64,000 nucleotides of DNA. Origin: Acidobacteriota bacterium (GTDB lineage: Bacteria; Acidobacteriota; UBA890; WLXD01). Location of the stretch: the NCBI GenBank assembly GCA_965248695.1, contig CBDFKD010000002.1, positions 2,016,001-2,080,000 of the forward strand, in the 5' to 3' direction. Positions 30,147 through 39,913 of the stretch are shown here, piece by piece (positions within the stretch are counted from its first letter, which is position 1; each line of letters opens with the position of its first letter). Both the position numbers and the translations under genes were made by a program. The notes beneath the pieces are model-generated. The model saw only the letters and a list, made by a program, of their open reading frames with translations, had not been told where the DNA came from and searched no databases.

Positions 30147-32060
30147 CTACTCCTCGTCGTCGGCCACCGCTCCCGACCTGACGATCGGCAGGCTCACGTG
30201 CGACGGGTACTCCGCCGAGTGGTGCACGATCTGGTTGGCCAGCACCCACTCGGTCTCGTCGTAATTGTTGCCGCCGGTGTTCATGTTGCGGTCAAAGCGT
30301 GGGAAGTCGCTGCTCGTCACGTCGACACGGATGCGGTGGCCCTTGCCGAAGTAGTTCGACGACGAGTGCAGGTCGAGTCGGATCTCGTAGACTTCGCCTT
30401 CGTCCATCCAAACTGGGACAGAGTCGTTGTCGCGGTAGCGTACCCGACGGGCTCCCGACTGCAGGTTGAAGGCACGGCCGTCCGGGTACACGTCGACCAG
30501 CTTGAGCATGAAGTCGGTGTCCTTGGCGTCGGAGCCGACGTAGAGCACGGCGCTGATGTCGCCGCTCATCTCGATGCCTTCCTCGAGCGGCTCCGACGTG
30601 TAGACCAGGACGTCGGCGCGCATCTCGTTGTTCGACTGGTCGTAGGCACCGGATCCGTCGGGCAGACCAGTGCAGCAGGTGTTGCCGCCGCGCGTCGGCA
30701 CCGGAGTACCCGGGTCGTAAGTGTAGCGATCGGCCGGCTGGTCGCCGCTCGGCGCGCTCCACGACAGGGTGCCATCGCCAAAGCGGCTGTTGGCGCGGCC
30801 TCCCGAATTGAGGAACATCTTGGTGTCGGTGGTGCCCTGCGGCGGCCACACGTCCGACTCACGCCACTCGTTGGCGCCCATCAGGTAGTACTGCACCCTT
30901 GGCATGTCGGTGATGCCGTTGTCGTCGCCGTCGAGCCAGTGCGCCATCCAGCGCATGTAGATGTCGAGGAAGTCCTTGCGGGCGTCGCCGAGCTCGCGCT
31001 CACCGATGATGGTGTTCTCGGTGGCGCGCGCCCAGCCGCAATGGGTCGAGGGGGCGACGATGACGAACTGGTTGTTGCGCGCGTGTTCGCTGACGGCGTT
31101 GTCGCGCATCTGGTTGAACATCGTCAAGGTCTCGTCGACGCCGAAGTCGTACCAGGAGTCGATGTACAGCGCCGGCACGTCGAAGGTGTCGTCGGAGCGG
31201 ATGAAATCGTTGTCGTAGAAGTAGTCCGACTCCGGTGGGTTACGGAGGTACTCCTCGTAGTCGGTGTGCGTCATGCCGGTGTTCTTAACCAGGTCGATCA
31301 CCGGGAGCGCATCGAAGGCACCGACGCGGTTGCGGCCCCCACCACCTTCGACGCCACGACGCGGATCGGCGTAGTTCTCGAACTTGCGCGCCATTTCGCC
31401 CTTGAACCACTCCTCGCGATCGAGGTGATCTGGCGGCTGCAGGAACACCGTGCTGCCAGCGCCCATGAACCAACCGGCGGTCTGCGCCAGCTCGAACACG
31501 CCACCGTCGTACGACGCCCAGGGCCGGCCGGGCGGGTAATAGGCCGACGACGGCGCCTGCGGCAACGCCGCAATATGGTTGGGGTGCTTGGAGGCCGCCA
31601 GTGCCAGCTGTGTCTCCCCCAGGTACGAGCAGCCGAAGCTGGCCACCTTCTGGTCAGACCACGGCTGGCTGATCAGCCACTCCACCGTGTCGTAACCGTC
31701 CTCGCGATCCGAATAGCGCAGCCGATAGTTGCCTTCGGACTCGTAGCGGCCACGGATATCCTGCACCGCCACCACATAGCCCTTGTCGACGAACCTCGCG
31801 ACGGTGTCGCCGCGGCCGCTGTTCTCCTTGTTGTAGGGCGTGCGGATGAGGACGGTCGAGTGCGGACCCTCGGCACCATCGGGAAAGTACAGGTCGGTCG
31901 ACATGCGCACCCCGTCACGCATCGGCACCATGTTGCTGCGATCACGGCGCACCTCGTAACCGTCCTGGGAGGCCCAGCTGGATGCGCCCCCGGTTGCCGA
32001 AACAGCGATGACCAACGCTGCGATCAGGATCATGGACCAGCTAGCTTTCGTTCCGGGCAC
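30147..32060 (-). CDS. CocE/NonD family hydrolase (S15-like), exported; paralog 1
   Basis: MVPMRDGVRMSTDLY, IRTPY, QDIRGRYESEG, GCSYLG and SSDFPRFDRNMNTG. GGAGG precedes GTG 32060. Confidence 0.9.
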   Translation of the reverse strand: MPGTKASWSMILIAALVIAVSATGGASSWASQDGYEVRRDRSNMVPMRDGVRMSTDLYFPDGAEGPHSTVLIRTPYNKENSGRGDTVARFVDKGYVVAVQDIRGRYESEGNYRLRYSDREDGYDTVEWLISQPWSDQKVASFGCSYLGETQLALAASKHPNHIAALPQAPSSAYYPPGRPWASYDGGVFELAQTAGWFMGAGSTVFLQPPDHLDREEWFKGEMARKFENYADPRRGVEGGGGRNRVGAFDALPVIDLVKNTGMTHTDYEEYLRNPPESDYFYDNDFIRSDDTFDVPALYIDSWYDFGVDETLTMFNQMRDNAVSEHARNNQFVIVAPSTHCGWARATENTIIGERELGDARKDFLDIYMRWMAHWLDGDDNGITDMPRVQYYLMGANEWRESDVWPPQGTTDTKMFLNSGGRANSRFGDGTLSWSAPSGDQPADRYTYDPGTPVPTRGGNTCCTGLPDGSGAYDQSNNEMRADVLVYTSEPLEEGIEMSGDISAVLYVGSDAKDTDFMLKLVDVYPDGRAFNLQSGARRVRYRDNDSVPVWMDEGEVYEIRLDLHSSSNYFGKGHRIRVDVTSSDFPRFDRNMNTGGNNYDETEWVLANQIVHHSAEYPSHVSLPIVRSGAVADDEE

Positions 32061-32255
32061 GGGTGCCTCCACTTCGAGATGTGGTTCGGGCAGACAGAGA
32101 TCGGGTGGCGAATCTGTATCACGTCCGCCGCCACGCGTGGAGGGTCGGCGACGGAGCACGAGCGAGTACCGTCCGGGTCAGTGCCTCGCCGTCGTCGTTC
32201 CACGACGACGAAACCTACATTCCGCGCGCTCCGCCGAGCTCGCTACCCTGATCAG

Positions 32256-34196
32256 CTACTCATCGTCAGCTATCGCTCCCGATCTCACAATCGGCAGGAT
32301 GACGTGCGACGGGTACTCCGCCGAATGGTGCACGATCTGGTTGGCCACCACCCACTCGGTCTCGTCGAAGTTGTTGCCGCCGGTGTTCAGGTTACGGCTC
32401 CAGCGCGGGAAGTTGGAGCTCGACACCTCGACGCGGATGCGGTGGCCCTTGGCGAAGTAGTTCGAGGCGGCATGCAGATCCAGCTGGATCTCGTAGATCT
32501 CGCCCTCCTCCATCCACACCGGGACGGAGAGATTGTCGCGGTACCGCATCCGCCGAGCGCCCTCCTGGATGTTGAACGCGCGACCGTCGGGATAGACGTC
32601 GACGAGCTTCAGTGTGAAGTCGGTGTCCTTCGCATCGGAGCCCACATACAGCACCGCACCGAGGTCACCGCTGACCTCGATGCCCTCCTCGAGCGGCTCG
32701 GAGGTGTACACCAGGATGTCGGCCCGCATCTCGTTGGTCGACTGGTCGTAGCCGCCGGAGCCCTCGGTAAACCCGGTGCAGCAGGTGTTGCCGCCGCGAG
32801 TAGGCACCGGAGTCCCCGGATCGTAGGTGTAGCGATCGGCCGGCTGGCCGCCGTCCGGCGCGCTCCACGAGAGCGTCCCGTCGCCGAAACGGCTGTTGGC
32901 GCGGCCTCCCGACTGCAGGTAGATCTTCTCGCTCGTGGTGCCGGTAGGCGGCCAGTACTCGTCGCTGCGCCACTCGTTGGCACCCATCAGGTAGTACTGC
33001 ACCCGCGGCATGTCGGTGATGCCATTGTCCTCGCCGTCGAGCCAGTGGGCCATCCAGCGCATGTAGATGTCCTGGAAGTCCTTGCGCGCATCACCGAGCT
33101 CACGCTCGCCGATGATGGTGTTCTCGGTGGCGCGCTCCCAGCCGCAGTGGGTCGACGGCGCCACGATGACGAACTGGTTGCGCCGCGCGTGCTCGCTCAC
33201 CGCCTGGTCGCGCATCTGGTTGAACATTGTCAGCGTGTCGTCGACACCGAAGTCGTACCAGGAGTCGATGTACAGCGCCGCCGTGTCGAAGGTGTCGTTG
33301 GAGCGCACGAAGTCGTTGTCGTAGAAGTAATCCGACTCCGGCGGGTTGGCGGCGTACTCCTCGTAGTCGGTGTGGGTCATGCCGCGGTTCTTGACGATGT
33401 CGACGACCGGCAGGTGCTGGTAGGCCTCGAAGGCGTTCTCGCGACCGGCGTCCGGATAGACCATGAACTTGCGCGCCATGTCGCCCTTGAACCACTCGTC
33501 GCGATCAACGTGATCCGGCGGCTGCATGAACACCGTCGTGCCACTGTTGAGGAACCAGCCGGCGGTCTGCGCCAACTCGAACACGCCACCGTCGAACGAC
33601 GACCACGGGCGACCGGGGGCGTAGTAGGCCGCCGACGGCGCCTTCGGTATCGCCGCGACGTGGTTGGGGTGCTTGGCGGCCGCCAGCGCGAGCTGAGTCT
33701 CACCCAGATAGGAGCACCCGAAGGTGGCGACTTTCTCGTTCGACCACGGCTGGTTGATCAACCACTCCACCGTGTCGTAGCCGTCGTCGCGGTCCGAATA
33801 GCGCACCCGGTAGCGGCCCGCGGACTCGAAGCGCCCGCGGATGTCCTGCACGACCACGGCGTATCCCTTGGACACGAACGTCGGGATCCAGCCGGGATCG
33901 TCAGCGTCCTGGGTGCGACGATACGGATAGGTGTTTTCCTTGTTGTACGGCGTCCGGATCAGGATCGTCGACAGCGGGCCCTCGGCACCGTCCGGGAAGT
34001 AAATGTCGGTCGACAGCAGCGTCCCGTCGCGCATCGGCACCATGTTGCTGCGGTCCTTGCGCACCTCGTAGCCGCCGTGACCGTCCTGCCCGGAAGCCGC
34101 GGCGGACGCCCAGCCGGCAGTGCCAGCGGGAATAGACAGCAAGATAGCTAGAACGGCAACTACGATCAGGGACCAGGTTGTTCTTCTGCTTGGCAT
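32256..34196 (-). CDS. CocE/NonD family hydrolase, exported; paralog 2
   Basis: Same motifs (MVPMRDG, IRTPY, GCSYLG, SSNFPRWSRNLNTG) and long stretches identical to paralog 1. Confidence 0.9.
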   Translation of the reverse strand: MPSRRTTWSLIVVAVLAILLSIPAGTAGWASAAASGQDGHGGYEVRKDRSNMVPMRDGTLLSTDIYFPDGAEGPLSTILIRTPYNKENTYPYRRTQDADDPGWIPTFVSKGYAVVVQDIRGRFESAGRYRVRYSDRDDGYDTVEWLINQPWSNEKVATFGCSYLGETQLALAAAKHPNHVAAIPKAPSAAYYAPGRPWSSFDGGVFELAQTAGWFLNSGTTVFMQPPDHVDRDEWFKGDMARKFMVYPDAGRENAFEAYQHLPVVDIVKNRGMTHTDYEEYAANPPESDYFYDNDFVRSNDTFDTAALYIDSWYDFGVDDTLTMFNQMRDQAVSEHARRNQFVIVAPSTHCGWERATENTIIGERELGDARKDFQDIYMRWMAHWLDGEDNGITDMPRVQYYLMGANEWRSDEYWPPTGTTSEKIYLQSGGRANSRFGDGTLSWSAPDGGQPADRYTYDPGTPVPTRGGNTCCTGFTEGSGGYDQSTNEMRADILVYTSEPLEEGIEVSGDLGAVLYVGSDAKDTDFTLKLVDVYPDGRAFNIQEGARRMRYRDNLSVPVWMEEGEIYEIQLDLHAASNYFAKGHRIRVEVSSSNFPRWSRNLNTGGNNFDETEWVVANQIVHHSAEYPSHVILPIVRSGAIADDE

Positions 34197-34393
34197 GGGA
34201 GCCTCCGGAGTCGAGTAAGTCCGGGTCGAGCGGACTAGTCGTGGCGGATCTGTACCACGTTTTCCACCCAGGTTGCACGGGTGGCGGTGCGCTCTCGACA
34301 GACTCCGAGCCCTCGGGATTCTCCCGGCTGGGCCGCAGCTCGCGCAGCGGGCGAACCGAGGCTACGCATCTAGCAAGACTATCTTCGGCTGGC

Positions 34394-35218
34394 CTAGGAC
34401 TCTGAATCCCCGAAGCGGGCGTCGCGCCAGGCGATCGCCGCCTTCAGGCCGTCCTTGCGGGCGATGGCCATGAACTCCTCGCGTTCCGGAACCACCGCGG
34501 CCTCGATGAGCACGCCCATGTCGTGAGAGTCGCCGAGCGCCTCGCGCATACCCATGATGTCGTAGGTGCGATTGATCGCCTTCTTGGTAGTGGTCATCGA
34601 GAACGGGTCGATGACGGCGATCTTGCGCGCCATCTCCATCGCTGCATCGAGGTGCTCGCCTTCGCCCACCACCTTGTTGATCAGTCCCATCTGTAGACAC
34701 CGATCGGCCGACACTCGATCGTCACCGGTGAAGTACAGCTCCTTCGCCTGCTTGGGGCCGGTGAGCCAGGGGAGCAGCATCACCACCACCCCGGCGCCGA
34801 AGCGCAGATCGGGCTCGCCGAGCCTGAAGGTCTCGTCGGCAACGGTGAGATCGCAGGCGAGAGCAAGCTCGCAGCCGCCGGCGATGGCGTAGCCGTGCAC
34901 CGCCGAGATCGTCGGTTTTGGAAAGTTCCACAGCCGCATGATCGAGTCGAAGTCGCGCTGCAGCACCGGCGCGAGATCGACGACGTTGACGCTCCCTTCG
35001 TGCTCGGCCTCGTCCTTGAGGTCAAAGCCGGAGCAGAACGAGCGCCCGGCGCCGTGTAGGACGACGACGCGAACGTCGGCGTCCTTTTCGATCTGGTCGA
35101 GCACCGCGTCGAGGTCGTCGAGCAGCTGCTCGTTCATGGCGTTGAGCACCTGCGGCCGATTCAGCGTGATGACGCCAATCGGGCCGCGGCGCTCGTACTC
35201 GATGGTCTCGAAGGCCAT
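34394..35218 (-). CDS. Enoyl-CoA hydratase/isomerase (crotonase) family protein
   Basis: ITLNRPQVLNAM, FCSGFDL and KPTISAVHGYAIAGGCELALACD. Confidence 0.9.
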   Translation of the reverse strand: MAFETIEYERRGPIGVITLNRPQVLNAMNEQLLDDLDAVLDQIEKDADVRVVVLHGAGRSFCSGFDLKDEAEHEGSVNVVDLAPVLQRDFDSIMRLWNFPKPTISAVHGYAIAGGCELALACDLTVADETFRLGEPDLRFGAGVVVMLLPWLTGPKQAKELYFTGDDRVSADRCLQMGLINKVVGEGEHLDAAMEMARKIAVIDPFSMTTTKKAINRTYDIMGMREALGDSHDMGVLIEAAVVPEREEFMAIARKDGLKAAIAWRDARFGDSES

Positions 35219-35290
35219 TGGGCTAGTCCTGTTCACGTGCGGCAAGCAGACGCGCGAAGCGCCTCGACCGCGATGGATGATCGGGTGCGC

Positions 35291-35523
35291 GCGCTATCCG
35301 TGACGGATCCAGGCCGACCTGTCGGGCCTAGCCATGTCGGATCCATGCCGACCTGTTCGGCCTAACCATGTCGGATCCACGCCGACTCATTCGGCCTAAC
35401 CATGTCGGATCCACGCCGACTCATTCGGCCTAACCATGTCGGATCCACGCCGACTCATTCGGCCTAACCATGTCGGATCCACGCCGACTCATTCGGCCTA
35501 ACCATGTCGGATCCACGCCGACT
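35291..35523. repeat. Tandem array of about 7 x 34-bp units duplicating the last codons and stop of the aldehyde dehydrogenase gene
   Basis: Unit ggcctaaccatgtcggatccacgccgactcattc is exact at 35359, 35393, 35427 and 35461, and partial at 35495 (the gene end). Diverged copies start at 35325 and 35291. Confidence 0.97.
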
Positions 35524-37015
35524 TCGTGTCGGTGTAGTTCAGCAGGCTCTCGAAGCACTTGTCTTTGGCGTTGCCCGACTGCTTCATGCCGCCGAAGGGC
35601 TGCGTCATGTCGCCCTCGTCGAAACAGTTGACCCAGATCACCCCGGCCTCAATGTCGCGGATGAGCCGATGTGCGGTGTTCAGATCGCGCGTCCAGACGC
35701 CGGCCGCGAGCCCATAGACGGTGTCGTTAGCCACTGCCACCGCCTCATCGACGCCGTCGACCGGGATCACCCCGGTCACCGGTCCGAAGATCTCCTCGCG
35801 AGCGATCTTCATGTTGTTGTCGACGCCGGTGAACAGCGTCGGGTTGACGAACGCGCCGGCGGCGAGATCGCCGTCCGGGGCGTCGCCACCGAACTCGACC
35901 TTGGCACCCTCGCTCTTGCCGGCCTCGATGTAGCTCAGCACACGCTCCTGAGCCTCCGCCGTAACAAGGGGGCCCATGTTGGTCTCGGGGTCGAGCGGAT
36001 CACCCGGCTTGTAGGCGTCGCGTCCGCTGGCGACGAACTGCTCGACGAACTCATCGTGGATCGATCGGTCGACGAGCAGGCGGGAGCCTGCGTTACATAC
36101 CTCGCCCATGTTCGCGAAAATGCCGTGGAACGCCGCCGACACGGCCTGTCCCATGTCGGGCAGATCGCCCATGAAGATCTGCGGCGTCTTGCCGCCACAC
36201 TCCAGGGAGACGCGCTTCATGTTGGACTGTCCAGCGTACGTGAGGATCAGCTTGCCGACCTCGGTCGACCCGGTGAAGGTGATTTTGGCGACGTCATCGT
36301 GCAAGGCCAGGGCCTTGCCGGCCACCTCACCCATGCCATTGACGACGTTGAACACCCCGGGTGGTCCGCCGGCTTCGAGGAACAGCTCGGCAAGTCGGAC
36401 GCAGCTGAGCGGTGACTGTTCGGCCGGCTTGAGCACCACCGAGTTGCCCGCCGCCAGCGCCGGCGCCACTTTCCAGGTGGCCATCAGCAGCGGGTAGTTC
36501 CACGGCGAGATGGCGCCCACGACTCCGAGCGGCTGTCGCAGCGTGTAGTGCAGGACGTCGAATTCGGTGGCCGTCACGGTGCTCTCGATCTTGTCGATGC
36601 ACTCGCCGAAGTACTGGAACGTCTCGACGCACGCCGGCAGGTCCACGCCAATCACGTCGGAGATCGGCTTGCCCATGTCAAGCGTTTCGAGCACCGCGAG
36701 CTCCTCGGCGTGCTGGTCGATCAGCGCTGCGAGGTTGTAGAGCACCTGCATGCGCTCACGCGGTGCCATCTGTGACCAAGAGCCCGCACGAAAGGCGCGC
36801 AACGCAGAACTCACGGCAGCATCGACGTCCGCTTCCGTCCCGGCGGCGACTTCGGCGAACACTTCTCCGGTGGTCGGGTTGACGTTCTCGAACCGACCGC
36901 CGCGGATGGCATCAACGTGCTCGCCGTCGATGAACAGGCGCACCTCGGGCTTGACCGCATCGGCCACGGCGCGCCACCGGGCGCTGTCGTAGGTTTCGAC
37001 TGTGCTGAGGGCCAT
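35498..37015 (-). CDS. Aldehyde dehydrogenase (PuuC / gamma-glutamyl-aminobutyraldehyde dehydrogenase-like)
   Basis: ETLDMGKPI, PWNYPL, KPAEQSP, FTGSTEVGK, LECGGK, GEVCNAGSR, EEIFGP and PFGGMKQSG. AAGGAG precedes ATG 37015. Confidence 0.92.
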   Translation of the reverse strand: MALSTVETYDSARWRAVADAVKPEVRLFIDGEHVDAIRGGRFENVNPTTGEVFAEVAAGTEADVDAAVSSALRAFRAGSWSQMAPRERMQVLYNLAALIDQHAEELAVLETLDMGKPISDVIGVDLPACVETFQYFGECIDKIESTVTATEFDVLHYTLRQPLGVVGAISPWNYPLLMATWKVAPALAAGNSVVLKPAEQSPLSCVRLAELFLEAGGPPGVFNVVNGMGEVAGKALALHDDVAKITFTGSTEVGKLILTYAGQSNMKRVSLECGGKTPQIFMGDLPDMGQAVSAAFHGIFANMGEVCNAGSRLLVDRSIHDEFVEQFVASGRDAYKPGDPLDPETNMGPLVTAEAQERVLSYIEAGKSEGAKVEFGGDAPDGDLAAGAFVNPTLFTGVDNNMKIAREEIFGPVTGVIPVDGVDEAVAVANDTVYGLAAGVWTRDLNTAHRLIRDIEAGVIWVNCFDEGDMTQPFGGMKQSGNAKDKCFESLLNYTDTKSAWIRHG

Positions 37016-37058
37016 GACGCTCTCCTTAGCTGGCGGCGGACGCCGACGCAGCTGGCAA

Positions 37059-38270
37059 CTAGAAACTGAGTATGGATGGGGGTGGGGTACGCGACTCGGG
37101 TAGGGCCAACTCCTCGGCCCAGCGCGGATCGAACGCGCCGCGATGGTAGGTATGGGCGACCATCGCCAGGTGATGATAAAGGGCCTCCTCGTCGTCTGAC
37201 AGCGGACCCGCTCGGTAGGCGCCCGTACGCATGCCGCGCTGCGCCCCCTCACAGACCGCCCAGTCTTGCTTGTTCGTGATGTCCCAGAAATCGCGCGCGT
37301 AGGATGGATCGAAGTCCTCCCGGGCGACGGCTGCGGGAGCGAACAGCCAGCGGCATTCGACCCGGGTGCGATCGGTGTCGAGCGGCTCGAGCGTATGCGT
37401 CAGGACGTAGTCGGGATGGGCGCTGATAAGCAGGTTCGGGAACAGCTCGAGATAGAGAATCTGCCGCAGCTGCGGCCCCACGAGACCCGGCAGCGGCTCG
37501 GCGCCGCTGGTGCCGGTAATCGACATCGTCTCGGCACCGGGCGCGATATCCATCGACCCGCCGACCCAGGCGCCATCGGGCTGCCACAGATAACCGCTGT
37601 CGGCGGGGCTGACCTGGCAAAGCTCGGGGTGAATCAGCGAGCAGTGATAGCACTCGTGGTAGTTCTCGATGATCAGCTTCCAGTTGGCGTTCACGACGTA
37701 GCTATCGCGCGCGCCCTCGACGAGCTCGTCGGCACCGTAGGCTGCCATCGCGGTATCGAGGCGGGCACCGGTGTAGGCAGCCAGATCGGCCGCTGATCCA
37801 GACGCGTTGACGAACAACCAGCCACCCCATTCCGCGACCGAAACGGGAACGAGACCGAAGTCGGCGGCTTCGAAGCTCGCCTCGTCGCAGTGCCGGGCGT
37901 TCAATAGCGTCCCGTCCAAAGCATAGGACCAGGCGTGATAGGGACACCGGATCGTGCCGGAGCTGCGTGACTCGCCGCAACCGATGAGCTCATGGCCGCG
38001 GTGGCTGCAGACGTTGAAGAATCCGCGCACGTCGCCGTCTTCAGCGCGGGTCAGCAGCACCTGCCTGCCACCGATCGAAACGCCGAGCTGCGCACCGGAC
38101 TCGCGCAGATCCAGAGCGCGGCCGACACACACCCACGCACCGCCGTACATGTGCTCCAGTTCCCACGCCAGGATCTCGGTCGAGGTGTAGGCCTCGCCGG
38201 GGAGCATGCGGCTGTCGCCGAACGGTGCAAGCACGGCCTGCAGCGCGAGTAACGGCAGTGGAGCGGACAT
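37059..38270 (-). CDS. Rieske non-heme iron oxygenase alpha subunit (GbcA / choline monooxygenase-like)
   Basis: CSHRG...CPYHAW Rieske motif; NWKLIIENYHECYHC...HPEL iron site. Confidence 0.88.
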   Translation of the reverse strand: MSAPLPLLALQAVLAPFGDSRMLPGEAYTSTEILAWELEHMYGGAWVCVGRALDLRESGAQLGVSIGGRQVLLTRAEDGDVRGFFNVCSHRGHELIGCGESRSSGTIRCPYHAWSYALDGTLLNARHCDEASFEAADFGLVPVSVAEWGGWLFVNASGSAADLAAYTGARLDTAMAAYGADELVEGARDSYVVNANWKLIIENYHECYHCSLIHPELCQVSPADSGYLWQPDGAWVGGSMDIAPGAETMSITGTSGAEPLPGLVGPQLRQILYLELFPNLLISAHPDYVLTHTLEPLDTDRTRVECRWLFAPAAVAREDFDPSYARDFWDITNKQDWAVCEGAQRGMRTGAYRAGPLSDDEEALYHHLAMVAHTYHRGAFDPRWAEELALPESRTPPPSILSF

Positions 38271-38300
38271 TGATTCCAAACCCTCTTGGCCGGCGTTTCC

Positions 38301-38314
38301 TGAACGGCGGTTCA
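38301..38314. promoter_or_regulatory. Putative TetR operator TGAAC-GGCG-GTTCA
   Basis: Perfect 5-bp inverted repeat about 30 nt upstream of the Rieske gene start; same consensus as the sites at 38432 and 44880. Confidence 0.6.
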
Positions 38315-38431
38315 AACTCTAGCGGCGAGGCGCCGGAGCGGTGAACCTCATGCTGACTGTACGCTGCGCCGTCTACGAGCTGTCACGGCGTCGCGTCGGT
38401 GGACCAGGTCGCGACGCTACTATTATGATGG

Positions 38432-38445
38432 TGAATCGTCATTCA
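38432..38445. promoter_or_regulatory. Putative TetR operator TGAAT-CGTC-ATTCA
   Basis: Inverted repeat just downstream of an AT-rich -10-like segment (tattatgat) and about 25 nt before the aminotransferase ATG. Confidence 0.65.
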
Positions 38446-38469
38446 ATGTGTATTTGGGAGTAGTTTGCC

Positions 38470-39849
38470 ATGGCCGAGACCACCGAGGCGACCGTCGACA
38501 CCCGAGGACGGCTCGCCGAGCTCGTCGAAGAGCAGGAGCGTATCTTTGTCGAGCGCCAGCCGAGATCGGGGGAGCTGTCGGCGCGGGCGCTTCGATCGCT
38601 GGCCGGAGGAACCACGTCGAGTTGGCAAATGTCTCGACCGCAGACCGTGTGGATCAGCCACGGCAAAGGGTCGAAGATCTACGACGTCGACGGCAACGAG
38701 TATGTCGACCTCCATGGCGGCTACGGAGTCGGCCTCGCCGGTCACGCACACCCGGCGCTGGTGCGCGCTGTGAGCGAGCGCGTCGCTCTCGGGACCCATT
38801 TCGCCCAACCGAACGACGACGCGATCATCGTCGCCGAGGAGCTGGCGCGACGATTCGACCAACCGCTCTGGCGTTTCACGAACTCCGGCACCGAATCGAC
38901 GCTCGATGCGTTCCACCTGATGCGCTGCGCCACCGGTCGGGACATCGTTCTCAAGGTCGAGGGCTGCTACCACGGTCACCACGACTCGGCGATGGTCTCG
39001 GTGGCCAACGAAGCGGACGAGATCGGGCCGATCGAACGACCACATAGTCCACAGGCCGGCAGCGGCTTGCCCACCGCGATTACCGATCTGACCTGGATCG
39101 TGCACTACAACGATCTGGAGATCGTTGAGCGCCTGCTGGTAGAGAACCCCGATCGAATCGCGGGGATGATCGTCGAGCCGATCATGCTGAATTCCGGCGT
39201 CATCGGTCCACACGACGGCTACTTGGCAGGCTTGAAGGAGCTGTTGCATCGTCACGGCGCGTTGTTGACGTTCGACGAGGTCAAGACGGGGCTCACCGTA
39301 GGCCCGGGAGGCGCAACCCGACGACTTGGCGTAACGCCCGACCTGATCACCCTTGCCAAGGCGATCGGTGGTGGCGTGCCGTGTGGCGCGGTTGGCGGCA
39401 GCGAAGCGGTGATGCGACTCATTGTCGATCAGGAGTATGAGCAGGTCGGCACGTTCAACGGCAATCCCCTGACCATGGCGGCGTGCCGGGCGATGCTCAC
39501 AGAGGTCCTCGACGACGATGGCCACGCGCATGTCGAATCGCTCCGAGAGCATATGCAGACCGGCATCGAGGCAATCATCGAGGAGTATGGGCTCGACGCC
39601 CACGTGATGGCTTTCGGGGCCAAGGGCTGTGTGACCTTCTGTGCCGAGCGCATCAGCAACTACCGAGAGTTCCTGGAAATCGACGGCGAGCTCAGCCATC
39701 TCCATTGCCTGGTGCAGCACAACGGCGGCGTGTTCCTGCCTCCGTGGGGCAAGGCCGAACAGTGGACGCTGTCGATTCAGCACACATCGGAAGACGCGCA
39801 GCTGTTGGTCGACAACTTCAGGACCTTCGCCCGGGCCATGACGCAGTGA
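38470..39849 (+). CDS. Class III PLP aminotransferase (GSA-aminomutase-like subfamily)
   Basis: DVDGNEYVD, FTNSGTE, EGCYHGHHD, FDEVKTG, PDLITLAKAIGGG and GTFNGNP. Confidence 0.88.
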   Translation: MAETTEATVDTRGRLAELVEEQERIFVERQPRSGELSARALRSLAGGTTSSWQMSRPQTVWISHGKGSKIYDVDGNEYVDLHGGYGVGLAGHAHPALVRAVSERVALGTHFAQPNDDAIIVAEELARRFDQPLWRFTNSGTESTLDAFHLMRCATGRDIVLKVEGCYHGHHDSAMVSVANEADEIGPIERPHSPQAGSGLPTAITDLTWIVHYNDLEIVERLLVENPDRIAGMIVEPIMLNSGVIGPHDGYLAGLKELLHRHGALLTFDEVKTGLTVGPGGATRRLGVTPDLITLAKAIGGGVPCGAVGGSEAVMRLIVDQEYEQVGTFNGNPLTMAACRAMLTEVLDDDGHAHVESLREHMQTGIEAIIEEYGLDAHVMAFGAKGCVTFCAERISNYREFLEIDGELSHLHCLVQHNGGVFLPPWGKAEQWTLSIQHTSEDAQLLVDNFRTFARAMTQ

Positions 39850-39913
39850 GCCCGACGGGCGACTGCCGGTCGCGACCGGCGGCCGCGCGGAGAGTCGGCA
39901 GGCAGGACCCGGT

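Noticed and set aside
29616-34151. 1511-aa ORF on the + strand
   Set aside because: Codon-aligned antisense shadow of the two CocE/NonD genes, which share one frame. High-GC genes avoid TTA/CTA/TCA, so the antisense frame stays open. It has no recognisable domain.
35291-35523. CRISPR array interpretation of the 34-bp repeat
   Set aside because: The units are head to tail with no unique spacers, there are no cas genes, and the unit is the adjacent gene's 3' end.
38470-39849. hemL (glutamate-1-semialdehyde aminomutase)
   Set aside because: Only the subfamily fold matches; the context is amine catabolism with no tetrapyrrole genes.
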